From the human T2T-CHM13v2.0 reference genome, Homo sapiens, in assembly GCF_009914755.1 (NCBI RefSeq), contig NC_060925.1: 64,000 bases of DNA; one strand, 5' to 3'. The translations under genes and the position numbers were made by a program. Positions within the stretch are counted from its first letter, which is position 1; every line of letters starts with the position of its first letter. Of the stretch, positions 62,051 to 64,000 are shown piece after piece. Below the pieces are notes generated by a model that ran no database searches, had not been told where the DNA came from, and saw only the letters and a list, made by a program, of their open reading frames with translations.

Positions 62051-63395
62051 TCGTTGAGTCCATGGTGGACCAGGTGGACCATGCATCTGGCACAACTGAG
62101 GCGGCTCTTACGCAGAGGCTCTGGGCACTTCTGCGGAGAGGAATCTCAGATCCTCCCTAGAATACAGTTTTAGAACCCCATGTCTACAGTTTTAGAACCC
62201 TGTCTCTCCACTCTCCTTTTCCCAGGACAGTGAATAAAGTGGATTTTCTGAAGAGGAAGCACAGAGACCCTTGCTAAGAATGAAGGCAGAATGGTATATA
62301 GAGTAAGACATGCCCTGCTGCTACTCTATCTAGTAGCTGCACGAGGAGTCTCCTCGATGAATTTCCTCAAAATATTGCACACATTTCATTGGTTTACTGA
62401 TGCCAAGTTGGCTATAATGAGAAATGTGCCAGCATCAGAAAGATTCCAAAACAGACCACTCTCCCCTGTGTCAGTCTCGTCCCTCTTCCTATATCCGCTC
62501 TTTCTCTCTTCTCTCCCTGTAATCTAAGACCAAATTGTGCATGACCTTTCTCTCCCCTCAGGGCCCCTCTTTCTGCTGGTTACCTGCTACTGGCTCTCCT
62601 CCTGGTTTTACTGTAAGCAAAATTAAAAAAAAAAAAAGGCGGGATGGGCAGGGAGCCTCTCTACTGGGGAGCACCCGACAGTGAAGGTTAGAAGACATGA
62701 GGCTAATGAACTACAGAATATTGGTTACATCTCACTTGATTACACTTAGAAAATGTAAAACCACCTTTTAGTCATGACTGGCCATTTATCTGCTGGAATG
62801 CTCAGAGCAACACTCCCAATCACATTTATTTCCTGCCTTCAGGTTCCAGTCAAGGTTTCTGGAAATTAGTGATTCATCACTGAATACAACAACTACCACT
62901 GGGATCTGCCAAGACAGGAAAAATCACCATGTCCCTGTGCCAAGGAGCTGTCTCTCATTGGTAATATCTTCATGCAGCTGCTAGGACCAGCACACAAAAT
63001 CCATACACGTGCCAGGAGCAGCAGAGCCACCTGATTATGTGTGCCATTAATAACAAAACAGAGTTCCATTGCTCCAGTCTGGCCCCCAGGCCCCTGATAG
63101 GAAGGGAACAGGGGAGCCCACTGAGGGTCTGCTTTGGGTCCTTAGGTACATGAGGTTTACTCATTTGGGTGAGAGAGAAGGAAATCTTGTTTTTCCTGGG
63201 CCATAACTAAAGGGAGCACCACTCACACATGAAATGTTCAGAGTCAAGTTTGTTGTAATGTCTCAGACACTGATATTAAAAACGGCAAGGCAATAACAAT
63301 AGCAATGCATTGATGAGGGTATGAGAACCTTCTAATCAAACACGGTGGATTAGACATACATAGTTATTTCTGCTCCCTCCTAAAAATCTCAACAC

Positions 63396-63976
63396 TGTGG
63401 TGGCAGAATCTTAAGATAGCCTGCAAGATTTCTCCCTTCCTGGTACACATGCTCTGTGTAATCCTTGGAGCTATGAATATCAGATTTTACTCCTGTGATG
63501 AGGTTATGTTACATGACACAGTTTGGTGTTAAGACAGAAAGATTATAGAGGTGGGCCTGTCCTAATCGCATGAGAACTTTAAAAGCCTTACTTTTTTTCA
63601 GCTTGTTGCAGAGAGGGAAGCATGAAAGAAATACAATGCAAGAGAGGTTCTCTGTTGCTGAGTGGAGGTGGCCCATAGCAAGGATCTGAGATTCATCAAC
63701 AGCCAGCAAAACAATGGGGACTTCAGCCCTACAACTACAAGGAAATGAATTCTGCCATCAACCTGGAGTAGCTTGGAACAGTCTTTCCCTAAGTCAAGCT
63801 TTCACATGAGGGTGCAGCTGGTCAACACCATGATCCCAGTCTGAGAACGTGAGCTAAGTACCCAGCTAAAACACCCTGGACTCCTGACCCAGGAAAACTG
63901 TGAGATAGTTAATTTGTGTTGTTTTAACCTGCTATTTTTGTGATAATTTGTTGTGCAGCAATAGAGAGCTAACACA
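63396..63976 (+). mobile_element. MLT1E-family solo LTR
   Basis: tgtggtggcagaatcttaagat...acagccagcaa...acaaggaaatgaattctgcca...ctcctgaccc...aactgtgagata...taatttgttgtgcagcaataga. Confidence 0.87.
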
Positions 63977-64000
63977 CTCTCTAAAAGTAATAAAGATTTA

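Noticed and set aside
57458-62204. Short tandem duplications (17-mer x2 at 57458-57491, 12-mer x2.5 at 61001-61031, ~22-mer x2 at 62163-62204) as an array or CRISPR-like structure
   Set aside because: Isolated two-copy slippage duplications with unrelated units; no repeat-spacer organisation, and the DNA is eukaryotic.

Overview
This is primate (probably human) genomic DNA. It reads as a large intron or gene desert dominated by old interspersed repeats: L1PA/L1PB/L1ME 3' fragments, five Alus (J, S and Y types), many L2 and MIR relics, MaLR/ERVL solo LTRs (MLT1, THE1D, LTR16) and DNA-transposon derivatives (MER1B, MER5, MER45A, Charlie4a, MADE2). No protein-coding gene can be supported. The listed ORFs are L1 ORF2 remnants, Alu/LTR/microsatellite read-throughs or chance ORFs. 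I found no convincing novel biological system. The most informative details are: (1) a 46-nt 3'-truncated, tailless U5 snRNA retrocopy at 57822-57867 with a TSD, ending at U5 loop 1 beside target microhomology; (2) an old L1PB1 insertion with an apparent 81-nt 3' transduction (36577-36657); (3) three back-to-back T-loop hairpins inside a Charlie4a element (50250-50307); (4) an Alu with no poly(A) tail (19766-20047); (5) an orphan CpG-rich segment whose adjacent LTR end looks AT>GC shifted (19.0-19.6 kb); and (6) + strand splice signals resembling a micro-exon (24534-24553) and recursive-splice sites (45831, 46009). Repeat subfamilies come from remembered consensus sequences, and the boundaries of old repeats are approximate.
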